NCBI GenBank assembly: GCA_963841915.1
Contig: CAWJEN010000005.1
Span: 800,001-864,000 of the forward strand
Origin: an uncultured Planctomycetota bacterium
GTDB lineage: Bacteria; Planctomycetota; Phycisphaerae; Tepidisphaerales; Tepidisphaeraceae
DNA: 64,000 nucleotides
Reading direction: 5' to 3'
Below, in pieces: positions 42,633 through 52,354 of the stretch. The first letter of the stretch is position 1. Each line of letters begins with the position of its first letter. The notes below the pieces were generated by a model. It worked only from the letters and a program-made list of their open reading frames with translations, was not told the origin of the DNA and ran no database searches. Made by a program: the position numbers and the translations under genes.

Positions 42633-42866
42633 TCAGCCGCCGCGGGCGAAACGGGCGCGGAGGCTGAGGTACTCGCGGAGCAGGCCGGCGGCGGGTCGCG
42701 GACGGCTCAGCGCCTCGGCAAGCGTCGAGAAGCGGCGACGCTCCGGATCGATCGGCTCGTCCGCCGGTGGCCGCTTCGTGGGAGGCGGGCCGAGGTCTTC
42801 GCCTACGGGCTGGTGTGCGGGTGTGCCCGGCTCGACGGGTTCGGGAGGTGTGGGTTGGTCTTGCAT
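42633..42866 (-). CDS. Small Pro-rich protein, candidate capsid scaffold
   Basis: 77 aa between portal and capsid on the same strand; disordered N-terminus and an amphipathic basic C-terminal helix LLREYLSLRAR. Confidence 0.5.
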   Translation of the reverse strand: MQDQPTPPEPVEPGTPAHQPVGEDLGPPPTKRPPADEPIDPERRRFSTLAEALSRPRPAAGLLREYLSLRARFARGG

Positions 42867-43077
42867 GGATGTGACGTTGGAGAGGACCGAGGGCGGCCGG
42901 GGCGAACGCGTGGCGGCAGGGGGAAGTGAGTTGCGCCGGGCCAACAAGTGCGGCTCGCGACGCGTCGAGGAACGCCTTCCACGCGCCCGCCCCGGCCGTC
43001 GTCGGCGGGAGCGGAGGGAGAATGAAAACGGCAAAGGAGACGGAGCGGCCAAGGCGAACCGGTGGCTCTGGGAGGAA

Positions 43078-44694
43078 CTAATCGGGACTTGCTGCGAACT
43101 GCGGTGCTTCGTCTGTCGCGGCAGCTTCGCCGCCGTAGCCGAGCTCGCGGAGGATGACGTCCTGCGAGACACCGATGTCGCGTTTGAGCCGTGCCTGCTC
43201 AAGCCGATCGGCATCGTCGGCGGGAATCGGGTCGGGCCAGGTGATGCGGACGCGACGTTCCTGCGGCGTCGTGGCGAACAGGCCCAGCGCGTCGAGAGAG
43301 GCGAGTGCGAGCTGACAGATGTTGGCGATGCCGTTGCCGTAGTTGGCCCGCTTGCGGTCGGTACGGGCCAGCAGCGACTGGAAGGTCAGGCGCAGTGCCG
43401 AGGCGCTGGTGAGATTGCCGATGCGGCCGCGGATCGCGCCACTGGCGGCCGGGTTGACGCCGCTTGCCTTGTCGAGCGCTTCGCGTGCTTCACGGATGGC
43501 GTCGTTTTCACCGGGATTGGTTGCGCTACCACCAAACTCGAAGACGCGGGCGTCGGGGTTGTCGGCCTGCCACATCTGGCCCGGTGCGATCTTCTGGTCG
43601 AGGAAGTTGTCGATGCCGACACCGAGGTACATGCGGCTGGCCTGCAGGGCGATGCGGCCGGCGCGGTCACTGAGTCGTGTGTTGAGTTCATCCTGCAGCG
43701 GGATGAGCGGCTCGACGTCACCCGCTCCGGACCAGGCGAACGGTCGGGCAACGTTTTGCACGTGCGCCAGCGGCAGGCGGCCTAGCGGGTTGGTTCCTTC
43801 GTCCACCAGGCGGCCGTCGCGGTAAACCTGCCAGCCGCGCGGGCCGACGGCTTCGACGATGAGTGCTTCTCGAGGGTTCTTCGTCGTCGACTTCGGGAAG
43901 AAGCGGACGAGCCAGTCGCGATGGGGCGATGTCGGTTCATCGACATCGAGCGGCACGCTGTAGGCCTGCAAGTACGCGCAGGCCCGGCTGCCGTCGTCGG
44001 GGTGAAGGATTGGCAGTGACCGAGCGGGCTCGACGAGTTCGAGCCGAACGCGATTGGCCAGGGCGGTGGTTTCTGCATCGCCGTCACCGATGCCACCACC
44101 AAACGGGGCGACGTCGCAGGCTTGGATTTCAGACTCGGGCACGACCTTCACGAGCACGTCGGCTGAGCCGTAGATGCTGCCGACGAGTGCGAAGGTCTGA
44201 AGGAAGCCGAGTCCGCCGTTGCTGGCGATCATGGAGCGGAGCAGGTCACCGATGACCTTGGCTCGCTTGGGATCGGGTGCGATTGATTCGAGCGTGAACG
44301 GGCGGCCGAAGAGGAAGTCGACGTTGGTGTCGATCCTCCAGCCGATGTCGTTCTCGACGACGACCTCCTTGCGACTCATCGTTGTCGGCACGCCACCGAA
44401 CGGTTCGCGGCCGGCGGTGAAGCCGGTGATGCGGGGCGGCATGCCCCATTCCTGGGCTTGCCTGTAAGAGCGGGCCGAGCCGTCGGTCGGGGTGAAGGCC
44501 CGGTGCGGGTTGCTGTAGTACGACCAAAGGCGGCGGTAGCGGACCGCGTCATCGTCGAGCAGCTCGCGGGCGGCCTTGTCGATCCGTTTGGCGGCGGCGA
44601 GGGAACCATCGAGCATCGGGTGACCGGCGTCGGTGGGTTGGGCGATGTCTCGCAGGTCGTACCGTGGTGGTCGGTCGCTAGTTCGGTGCGGCAT
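43078..44694 (-). CDS. Phage portal protein (SPP1 gp6-like)
   Basis: LWSYY, N...WRID..VDFLFGRP, NPLGRLP, G.GDVEPLIPLQDELN.RLSD, ITWPDPIP and S...IL.ELGY motifs. Start uncertain (44727, 44694 or 44616). Confidence 0.85.
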   Translation of the reverse strand: MPHRTSDRPPRYDLRDIAQPTDAGHPMLDGSLAAAKRIDKAARELLDDDAVRYRRLWSYYSNPHRAFTPTDGSARSYRQAQEWGMPPRITGFTAGREPFGGVPTTMSRKEVVVENDIGWRIDTNVDFLFGRPFTLESIAPDPKRAKVIGDLLRSMIASNGGLGFLQTFALVGSIYGSADVLVKVVPESEIQACDVAPFGGGIGDGDAETTALANRVRLELVEPARSLPILHPDDGSRACAYLQAYSVPLDVDEPTSPHRDWLVRFFPKSTTKNPREALIVEAVGPRGWQVYRDGRLVDEGTNPLGRLPLAHVQNVARPFAWSGAGDVEPLIPLQDELNTRLSDRAGRIALQASRMYLGVGIDNFLDQKIAPGQMWQADNPDARVFEFGGSATNPGENDAIREAREALDKASGVNPAASGAIRGRIGNLTSASALRLTFQSLLARTDRKRANYGNGIANICQLALASLDALGLFATTPQERRVRITWPDPIPADDADRLEQARLKRDIGVSQDVILRELGYGGEAAATDEAPQFAASPD

Positions 44695-44708
44695 GACCGG
44701 CCGAATGC

Positions 44709-44738
44709 GTTGCGCCGATTTGGCCAAATCGGCGCAAC
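44709..44738. promoter_or_regulatory. Perfect 30-bp palindrome upstream of the portal gene
   Basis: GTTGCGCCGATTTGG|CCAAATCGGCGCAAC. Confidence 0.55.
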
Positions 44739-45070
44739 AGGCCGCGATTTTCAGAAGCGAGGGCGAATCTGGCGCAGCTACAAGGGTTCAAGCTGATCGA
44801 TGCGCGCTGCGCGTATTTGGCCGCAGACGCGCTTTACAGACTCGGCGGCCGTTGCAATGTGGCAGAACGCGTCGCGGGTACAGCACTATCGGTCGCCGAT
44901 GTGGTGTGGGCGATGGTTGATTCACGTCGCATGGGCCGGTAGGGTCGCTGTCCCGCCCGCGTCGGCTCATCTCGCTGTGCCGCACCCGAGCGGCGGCGGG
45001 CCGACGTTCCTGCCAGTTACCGGTAAGCGTCGTCTTACGGGTGATTGCCCCCGCTACCGTTCGCCGCGTC

Positions 45071-46270
45071 ATGCCCCGCGACCCGTCGACCCTTCTTAAC
45101 GTCAAGCTTGCCTCGGCCGCCGCTGCCGTCGCACTCTTCGCCTCCGTCGCCCACGGTCAGGATGCCCCTGCGCCGGTCAACGACGTCCCGACCAACGTCC
45201 GCAACAGCAGTGACGCGTCGGGGATACGTCAGCAGTTGGATGGTTTCTTTACGACGCAGGTCGGCAAGCTGCGTGGCGAGGACCACGCTGCCGCCGCCAG
45301 CGCCGGGCGAGCCATCGCCGCCGCCGCCGGTGGTGACACGAGTCCGACCTACCGCGATCAATACACCCGCGCCGCTGCCGACGCCTTGTCGCCGTTGTTC
45401 GAGGCTGGCGACACGAAGGCAGACCTGCCCGCCCGCCTGGCCGCAGCCGTGGCGATGGAGTCGGTCGCCCGTCAGACGTCCAACGCGCGCCTCATCAAGC
45501 CGGTCGAGAGCATTATCGCCGACGAGCACCCGGCGGTGGCCTTGTGGGGCATCCGCGCGTCGCAACCGCTCATCGCCACCAGCGTGCGTCAGGCCATGGT
45601 TGGTCGTGAACCGCTCGTCGAGGCCATCGTCAAGTCCGTCGAGCAGCACCCGACGCAGGGGTACATTGCCCACGAGGCGTACATCGTGCTCCGCGACGTC
45701 GGTGGCGGCGGCTTTGTCCAGGGAAATGCAGACTTTGTTGTGCCCAGTTCAGGCCGGGCGCAGGTGATCGATGCGACGCTCAGCCTGATCGAGACGCGGC
45801 TTGGCGCTTATGGCCCACCCAAGGACGTGGAGGTCAGCCCGCTGCCGCAGACGCCGCCCGTGCCGCTGGCCGAGCGACCGGCGACGCAGCTTCTGGCCAG
45901 CGGAGCCGTTTATCCGTCGCTCGACGCTGCCCAGCAGACGCGGATCCGCGTGGTGTTGCGTGACCTGGCCAAGGCCAGCGGCGAAGCGGCGGCCGTCGCT
46001 GCCGGGGCCACATCAGAGGCCGAGAGCGAAGACCGTGAGCCACTTTCGCAAGCTCGAGACGAATTACGTAACCTGCTGACAGTCACCGCACAGGCGACCG
46101 CTTCGCTTGCTGGCACGTCGTTCGAGAACAAGCCGACGGTTGCCGAAGAGGGCCAGCGAGTTTCGGAACTGCCTCGCAGTGCGACGGCTGAGACGATCCG
46201 CGAGCGGATGGAATCCTTTATGGCGTCGTTGAGCGAGGCATATCCCGATTTGCCTGCTGCTTCGGAGTAA
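45071..46270 (+). CDS. Exported helical (HEAT-like) hypothetical protein
   Basis: Signal peptide ending AHG-Q; IADEHPAVALWGIRA repeat-like segment. Confidence 0.75.
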   Translation: MPRDPSTLLNVKLASAAAAVALFASVAHGQDAPAPVNDVPTNVRNSSDASGIRQQLDGFFTTQVGKLRGEDHAAAASAGRAIAAAAGGDTSPTYRDQYTRAAADALSPLFEAGDTKADLPARLAAAVAMESVARQTSNARLIKPVESIIADEHPAVALWGIRASQPLIATSVRQAMVGREPLVEAIVKSVEQHPTQGYIAHEAYIVLRDVGGGGFVQGNADFVVPSSGRAQVIDATLSLIETRLGAYGPPKDVEVSPLPQTPPVPLAERPATQLLASGAVYPSLDAAQQTRIRVVLRDLAKASGEAAAVAAGATSEAESEDREPLSQARDELRNLLTVTAQATASLAGTSFENKPTVAEEGQRVSELPRSATAETIRERMESFMASLSEAYPDLPAASE

Positions 46271-46380
46271 CTCCGAGTGCGACGGGTTCATCTGACGAGC
46301 CGGCCCGGCTGGCGTACCGTGTTCGATCCACCTTCGGGTGGATCGCTTTGTTTCTTCACAGCCTCACGCCCCTGCCACGC

Positions 46381-48183
46381 ATGCCAAGCCCGACAAGCAC
46401 AAATCGCCGGACGTTCTCGAAGTGGATGCTCGTCCTCGCCGCCTCTCTGGCCACGGCCGGTTGCGGGAACGACTACGAGTCCGATGCCAACGGTGGTGGG
46501 GCCGGCAAGGTCGCCTCGCCCGACGCAGAGGCCGAGTTCGTCTTTGCCAACCGCGGCGAGGTCACGCAGCTCGATCCGAACCAGATGTCGTGGATGCAGG
46601 ACATTCGCGTCGGCCAAGCGCTCTTCGAAGGCGTCTACACGCTCGACCCCAACACCCTCGAGTCGATCCTGGGCACAGGCGAAGAGGTCACGCACAACGA
46701 CAATTACACGCAGTGGACGATCAAGCTCAAGCCCAACGCCAAATGGTCCAACGGCGACCCGGTGACGGCGAACGATTTCGTCTTCTCATGGCGTCGCAAT
46801 ATGCGTGAACCGGGCGATTACAGCTACCTCGTCAACGAGTACATCACCGGTGCCAAGGCGTACAGCGAGGCGTACGGCGAGAACCCAGAAGCCGCTGAGG
46901 GTGACGCCTGGAGCGCGGTCGGCATTGAAGTCGTCGACGAGCTCACGCTGGTGGTGGATCTCGATTATCCGGTGCCTTACTTCCCCGATCTGCTCGGGTT
47001 CGTGACGTACTGGCCGATGCATGAGGGCTCGATGAAGGCCTTCGAAGAGGTCGCCGACAACGGTGCGATCACGTACGACCCGTCGTTCACGCAGGCAGGC
47101 AACCTGGTGGGTAACGGCGCGTACCGCCTCGACCGCTGGGACCTCAAGCAGGGCCAGACGCTCGTCGCCAGCGAGCACTACTGGGACGCAAAGAACGTCA
47201 AGAGCAACACGATCCGCTCGCTCGACCTGCCGAACCACGATTTAGCGTTTCAGCGGTACGAGAAGGGGACGATCGACTGGATCACCGATGTTCCAGGACA
47301 GTTTGCCTCTGACATGAACGCTGCCGGCCGACCCGATCTGGAAGTCGGACCTGCGTTTGGCACGTACTTCTGGTCGTTCAACACCTCCGAGAAGCGCAGC
47401 GACGGCAGCGACAACCCGCTGGCCGACGTGCGTGTGCGTCAGGCCCTGACCGCCGCCATCGACAAGCAGGAGATCGTCAACACCATCACGAAGATGGACC
47501 AGATGCCGACGGACGTGTACGTGCCGAAGAACCAGGAGTACTTCAAGGGCTACAAGCACCCGACCACCGGCATCGCCTACGACGTTGAAAAGGCCCGCCA
47601 GCTGCTCGCCGATGCCGGCTATCCGGACGGCAAGGGCTTCCCAAGGCTCAAGTTGCTGCACAACACCGAGACCGGCAACCACGCAGATATCGCCCAGAAC
47701 CTCAACCGCCAATGGCGTGAAAAGCTGGGCGTCGAATTCGACCTCGACGGCGTCGAGATGGCCCAGTTCAAGGATCGCTACAGCCCCTCGACCGTCACCC
47801 GCCCGGACGGCACCGTCTACCTCGTGGCCGGTGACTTCGACATCGCACGCGGCAGCTGGTACGGCGACTACATGGATGTCAGCACCTTCACCGATAAGTA
47901 CCTGCCCACCAGCGGCAACAACGACGCGGTCTGGATCAACGCCGAGTACGCCGACCTGCTCGCCCGCGCCAAGAAGGAAGGCGACGCCCAGAAGCGTCTC
48001 GACCTGCTGAGTGAGGCCGAGTCGATCCTGGTGCGAGAGGTGCCGATCATTCCGCTGTTCCACTACACAAACACGTTCATCAAGGCCCCGTACGTCGAAG
48101 GCATCCCGCTGAACCCGCGGATGTTCGTGATGCTCAAGAACGTCGAAACGCCTCGCTCGACCGGCCCGGGCGCTTCCAAGTAG
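46381..48183 (+). CDS. Peptide ABC transporter substrate-binding lipoprotein (OppA-like)
   Basis: Lipobox TAGC; LDP, WSNGDPVTANDFVFSW, VGNGAYRL, DVRVRQAL and PIIPLFH. Confidence 0.92.
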   Translation: MPSPTSTNRRTFSKWMLVLAASLATAGCGNDYESDANGGGAGKVASPDAEAEFVFANRGEVTQLDPNQMSWMQDIRVGQALFEGVYTLDPNTLESILGTGEEVTHNDNYTQWTIKLKPNAKWSNGDPVTANDFVFSWRRNMREPGDYSYLVNEYITGAKAYSEAYGENPEAAEGDAWSAVGIEVVDELTLVVDLDYPVPYFPDLLGFVTYWPMHEGSMKAFEEVADNGAITYDPSFTQAGNLVGNGAYRLDRWDLKQGQTLVASEHYWDAKNVKSNTIRSLDLPNHDLAFQRYEKGTIDWITDVPGQFASDMNAAGRPDLEVGPAFGTYFWSFNTSEKRSDGSDNPLADVRVRQALTAAIDKQEIVNTITKMDQMPTDVYVPKNQEYFKGYKHPTTGIAYDVEKARQLLADAGYPDGKGFPRLKLLHNTETGNHADIAQNLNRQWREKLGVEFDLDGVEMAQFKDRYSPSTVTRPDGTVYLVAGDFDIARGSWYGDYMDVSTFTDKYLPTSGNNDAVWINAEYADLLARAKKEGDAQKRLDLLSEAESILVREVPIIPLFHYTNTFIKAPYVEGIPLNPRMFVMLKNVETPRSTGPGASK

Positions 48184-48196
48184 TTGAACAACCCGG

Positions 48197-48351
48197 AGCC
48201 GCGGTTCCACGGACCGCCGGCCTGATGGTCGTAAAAAATCCACGCGTGCGTCTTCCCGGAGTTGACGACGCGCAGCGGAAAACCCTCGCCGGAACCCCGC
48301 ATCCGTCGCACGAGTTGCCTCGTCAGACCAGCGGTCCGTGGGACCGCGGCT
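48197..48351. repeat. REPIN-like inverted repeat (family C) between the oppA- and oppB-like genes
   Basis: 29-bp arms at 48197-48225 and 48323-48351 with 3 mismatches; each arm is internally palindromic. Confidence 0.75.
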
Positions 48352-48403
48352 TGTTTGCTCCATACGGTCAGCACCTCTCGTCCCTCCGTAACCGCTCCCG
48401 ACG

Positions 48404-49414
48404 TTGCTTCGCTATCTCGCTACACGCATCGCGCAGGTCCCGCTGATCCTGGCGATCATCTATGTGGCGACGGTTGCCCTCGTCTGGGTCGCGCCGGGTG
48501 ATCCGTTTGCCGCCTCGAGTGAGAAGATCTCTCAGGAAAAGGTCGAGGCCCTCCAGGAGCGGTACCACACCGACACGTTCCTCAATTTCCTGACGCACTA
48601 CGGCACCAACGCCCTCAAGGGTGACCTTGGGCCCAGCCTGAGCAGTCGCGGGTACGACGTTGTCGACATCTTGGCCGATCGGCTGCCGGTGAGTCTGGCC
48701 ATCGGTGCACTTGCGATTGTCCTGGCCACCTTCGCGGGTGTCGCCATCGGCACGTTGGCTGCCGTTCGACGCAACGGCGTGCTGGACTACATTTCGCTCG
48801 GCATCGCCCTCATCGGGGTGAGTGTGCCGAGCTTTGTCGTCGCGACCGGTTTGCTCGGTGCCTTCGCCTACAACGAGACGACCGGCTTCCTGCCGCTGGG
48901 CGGGTGGCCGGGGACAGAAGGGCGAGGGTACGAGAACCTCGAGGCGTATGGCTCGGCGGTGCCGATCATCGCAGCAACACTCGACTACCTGAACCACATG
49001 ATCCTACCGGCGGCGGCATTGTCGCTGCTGCCGATGGCCTACATCACGCGGCTGACACGCGTGAGCATGATCGACGTGCTCGGCAGCGACTACGTCCGAA
49101 CGGCCCGCGCTAAAGGCCTTGCCAAGCGGAACGTCATCTTCAAGCACTGCCTGCGTAATGCGTTCTTGCCGGTTCTGAGCTTCCTGGGCCCGGCGGCGGC
49201 GAATGTGCTCGTCGGCAGCTTCGTCGTCGAAACCATCTTCCACCTGCCGGGTCTGGGGCCCTACTTCATCCAGAGCGTGCAGTTCCGGGATCAACCCATG
49301 ATTCTCGGCACCGTGCTCGTCTACAGCATTCTTCTATTGACGCTGAATCTGTTGGTCGACGTGCTGTACGGCGTGATCGATCCACGCATCAGTGTTGCCG
49401 GAGGTGGCTCTTGA
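48404..49414 (+). CDS. Peptide ABC permease (OppB-like)
   Basis: APGDP, GDLGPS and DYVRTARAKGL...KHCLRNA. Confidence 0.92.
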   Translation: MLRYLATRIAQVPLILAIIYVATVALVWVAPGDPFAASSEKISQEKVEALQERYHTDTFLNFLTHYGTNALKGDLGPSLSSRGYDVVDILADRLPVSLAIGALAIVLATFAGVAIGTLAAVRRNGVLDYISLGIALIGVSVPSFVVATGLLGAFAYNETTGFLPLGGWPGTEGRGYENLEAYGSAVPIIAATLDYLNHMILPAAALSLLPMAYITRLTRVSMIDVLGSDYVRTARAKGLAKRNVIFKHCLRNAFLPVLSFLGPAAANVLVGSFVVETIFHLPGLGPYFIQSVQFRDQPMILGTVLVYSILLLTLNLLVDVLYGVIDPRISVAGGGS

Positions 49415-50418
49415 GCAGTCCCAGCACGACAATGGATGCGGTGGCCGAATACGAGGCCCCGGCTCAGCGGCTCATGACGCCGCCGCAGACCTGGTGGCGG
49501 CAGGCGCTTGCGATGCCGCGGATCACGCTCGGGGGTGGCGTGCTGCTGCTGATCGTTCTGCTGTGCGTCGGCTCGATGCCGTGGACGATCTTCTCGAGTA
49601 CCGGCACGTTCTTCTACGACGCCGCCAGTGGCCCAAACTCCAATGCCGCGCCCGCCACAGGTGGCCTTGCCGGGCTGTTCGGGTGGGACCTGCAGGCGCG
49701 CTCGATGCTCTCCCGCGTCTTGCTGGGTGGTGTTGTCTCGCTCACCGTCGGACTCTGTGCAGCCCTCATCAGCGTCATTCTCGGCGTCAGTGTCGGCCTT
49801 GTCGCCGGCTACGCGGGTGGGCGCGTAGACCAGGCGCTCATGCGGTTTGTCGACGTGATGTACGGATTGCCGTACATCTTGCTCGTCATCCTGTTCAAGG
49901 TTGCGTTGCAGTCGCCGCTGGAAACTCTGTTCGACTGGAGCGGCCTGTTCCGCAGCCCGGCCAGTGCGGCATCGCTGGCGGTGATGTTCCTGGCGATCGG
50001 GCTGGTGAGCTGGCTGACAATGGCCCGCGTGGTGCGCGGACAGGTGCTGAGTCTGCGGGAGATGCCCTTCGTCGAAGCCGCCCAGGCGGGTGGCGTGAGT
50101 CGGTTTGGCATCTTCCGTCGGCATTTGCTGCCGAACCTGGTGGGGCCGATCATGGTCTACGCGACGCTGACGGTGCCGCAGGCGATTTTGCAGGAGAGTT
50201 TCCTGAGTTTTCTTGGCATCGGCGTGGTTCCGCCGCTCCCGAGCTGGGGCAGCCTTGCCGCCGACGGGCTCGAGCCGGCGTTTAACGTGTTCCGCAGCTA
50301 CTGGTGGCAACTGGTCTTCCCGTGCGCCGCACTTGCGATCACGCTGCTAAGCCTTAACTTCCTAGGCGACGGCCTCCGCGACCTGTTCGACCCGAAGCGA
50401 GAAGGGGCGAAGCTGTGA
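49411..50418 (+). CDS. Peptide ABC permease (OppC-like)
   Basis: ARVVRGQVLSLR, FVEAA, HLLPN, ESFLSFLGIG and GDGLRDLFDPK. Confidence 0.92.
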   Translation: MSSPSTTMDAVAEYEAPAQRLMTPPQTWWRQALAMPRITLGGGVLLLIVLLCVGSMPWTIFSSTGTFFYDAASGPNSNAAPATGGLAGLFGWDLQARSMLSRVLLGGVVSLTVGLCAALISVILGVSVGLVAGYAGGRVDQALMRFVDVMYGLPYILLVILFKVALQSPLETLFDWSGLFRSPASAASLAVMFLAIGLVSWLTMARVVRGQVLSLREMPFVEAAQAGGVSRFGIFRRHLLPNLVGPIMVYATLTVPQAILQESFLSFLGIGVVPPLPSWGSLAADGLEPAFNVFRSYWWQLVFPCAALAITLLSLNFLGDGLRDLFDPKREGAKL

Positions 50419-50449
50419 AGCCAAAGCCCGCGAAACCAACCAAGACGTC

Positions 50450-52327
50450 ATGGAAAACCGCTTCGGCCTCAAAGACTTCTTCCTCTTCGCGCTCATCGGC
50501 ATCGCGCTTGTCCTGATGGGCCTGCTGATGGTGCAAACCGACCGTCAGTGGGACGTCGTTCAAGACATTCAAGACCAGAACAATCGCCTCGCCGGCGACG
50601 TCAGTCGGCTGACCGACAAGATCAACAGCGGCAGCTTTGCCGTGTCGAACGCGGGGCAGAACCCGTCTGATGCCGTTGCATCCAGCGCCAGCTTCGGTGA
50701 GACGTTTTCCCTCATCAACGAGGCCGAAGCACAGCCGGGATTCAGCCGCGAGGGGACGTTTCTTGACAACTTTGGCACGAAGATCGGCCGCCTCACGCCG
50801 CTTGTCTCGAGCGACGTCTACCAGACGTGGGTCGAGTACCTCGTGCTCGAAAGCCTGGCCCAGCGAAACCCGCAAACGCTGGAGTTCGAACCGAAGCTGG
50901 CCGAGTCGTGGGAGATCAGCGAAGACGGCCTGACGATGACGTTCACGCTGCGCGACGGCCTGCGTTTCAGCGACGGCGAGCCGCTGACGGCGGATGACGT
51001 CGTCTTCACGTTCGACTGGATCCGCAACCCCGAGGTTCAAGCCGAGCGGGCTCGCTCGTACATGACGACGCTGTCGACCGTCGAGGCACTCGATGATCGG
51101 CAGGTCAGGTTCACGTTCACCGAACCATACTTCCTGAACTTTGAAACGGCCGCCGGTTACGGGATCATGCCGGAGCACTTCTATTCGAAGTACACGCCCA
51201 CGCAGTACAACGAGTCGATCGGCCTTCTGATGGGCAGCGGGCAGTACATGCTGCCGAACCCGACCGACTGGACGCCTGCCGACGACGTGACGCTGGTCCG
51301 CAACCCGCGTTACTGGGGTCCGCCGGCCACGCTTGCGACGATCAACTTCAAGCAGATCAGCGAGGAAGCGGTCGAGGAAGTCATGTTCCGCAACGGCGAG
51401 CTCGACCGCCTGGGAGCTACACCAGAGGTTTTCGACAAGCTCAAGAGCGACAGCGAGATCATGGCCAACAGCCAGGCCTTTGACTATCTGTCGCCTTTTG
51501 GCGGGTACACGTACATTGGCTGGAATCAGCTGTACCGCGACGACGCCGGCAACGAGACGGAGACCAGGTTCGCCGACGCTCGGGTCCGCCGGGCCCTGAC
51601 GATGCTGACCGACCGGGAACGTCTGGCCGAGGAGCTTTACCGCGGGTATGGCCAGGTGGCATCGGGTCCATTCGCCGTCGGCTCGCCGCAGGAAAACCCC
51701 TCCATCGAGCCGTGGCCGCGTGACGTCGAAGCCGCCAAGGAGCTTCTGGCCGAGGCCGGTTGGACCGACACGAACAACGACGGCATCCTTGACGACGGCC
51801 GAGGCAACGACTTCAGCTTCAAGCTCATGTACCCAGGCGGCAGTGACCTGACAGAGCAGATCGTCCTGAGCCTGCGTGACGACATGGCCGAGGGTGGCGT
51901 GCTGCTTGTTCCGGAGCGGACCGACTGGCCCGTGCTTGTCGAGCGACTGAGGAACAGCGACTTCGAGGCGGCCACGCTCGGCTGGTCGGGCAGCGTCGAA
52001 AGCGACCCGTACCAGATCTTCCACAGCGAGCAGGCCAAACCCAAAGGCGACAACCGCACCGGCTACCGCTCGCCACGCCTCGATGCCGTCATTGACGACG
52101 CGCGGACGACGGTCGACCCGGCCGAACGGATGCCCAAGTGGCATGAAGCACACCGGATTCTGCACGAGGAACAGCCGTACACGTTCCTCCTGAATCGCAA
52201 GGCCCTTCGGCTGTTCAACGACCGCGTGGGTAACGTCGAGACGAGCCCGCTGGGTCTGAACTACGAGTACCTCAATGGCGGCGTGTTGCCTTGGTTCGTC
52301 AACGACGGCCAGCAGATGACCCGCTGA
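50450..52327 (+). CDS. Second peptide/nickel-family ABC substrate-binding protein
   Basis: PKLAESWEISEDG, FSDGEPLTADDVVFTF, DARVRRAL and LHEEQPYTFL; N-terminal membrane anchor. Confidence 0.9.
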   Translation: MENRFGLKDFFLFALIGIALVLMGLLMVQTDRQWDVVQDIQDQNNRLAGDVSRLTDKINSGSFAVSNAGQNPSDAVASSASFGETFSLINEAEAQPGFSREGTFLDNFGTKIGRLTPLVSSDVYQTWVEYLVLESLAQRNPQTLEFEPKLAESWEISEDGLTMTFTLRDGLRFSDGEPLTADDVVFTFDWIRNPEVQAERARSYMTTLSTVEALDDRQVRFTFTEPYFLNFETAAGYGIMPEHFYSKYTPTQYNESIGLLMGSGQYMLPNPTDWTPADDVTLVRNPRYWGPPATLATINFKQISEEAVEEVMFRNGELDRLGATPEVFDKLKSDSEIMANSQAFDYLSPFGGYTYIGWNQLYRDDAGNETETRFADARVRRALTMLTDRERLAEELYRGYGQVASGPFAVGSPQENPSIEPWPRDVEAAKELLAEAGWTDTNNDGILDDGRGNDFSFKLMYPGGSDLTEQIVLSLRDDMAEGGVLLVPERTDWPVLVERLRNSDFEAATLGWSGSVESDPYQIFHSEQAKPKGDNRTGYRSPRLDAVIDDARTTVDPAERMPKWHEAHRILHEEQPYTFLLNRKALRLFNDRVGNVETSPLGLNYEYLNGGVLPWFVNDGQQMTR

Positions 52328-52354
52328 TTCGGCGACCTCTCGATCCACTCGCCG

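Noticed and set aside
41427..44727. Intact prophage or classical encapsulin
   Set aside because: No integrase, terminase, tail or lysis genes are present, and the portal plus a DUF5309-type shell do not fit an encapsulin.
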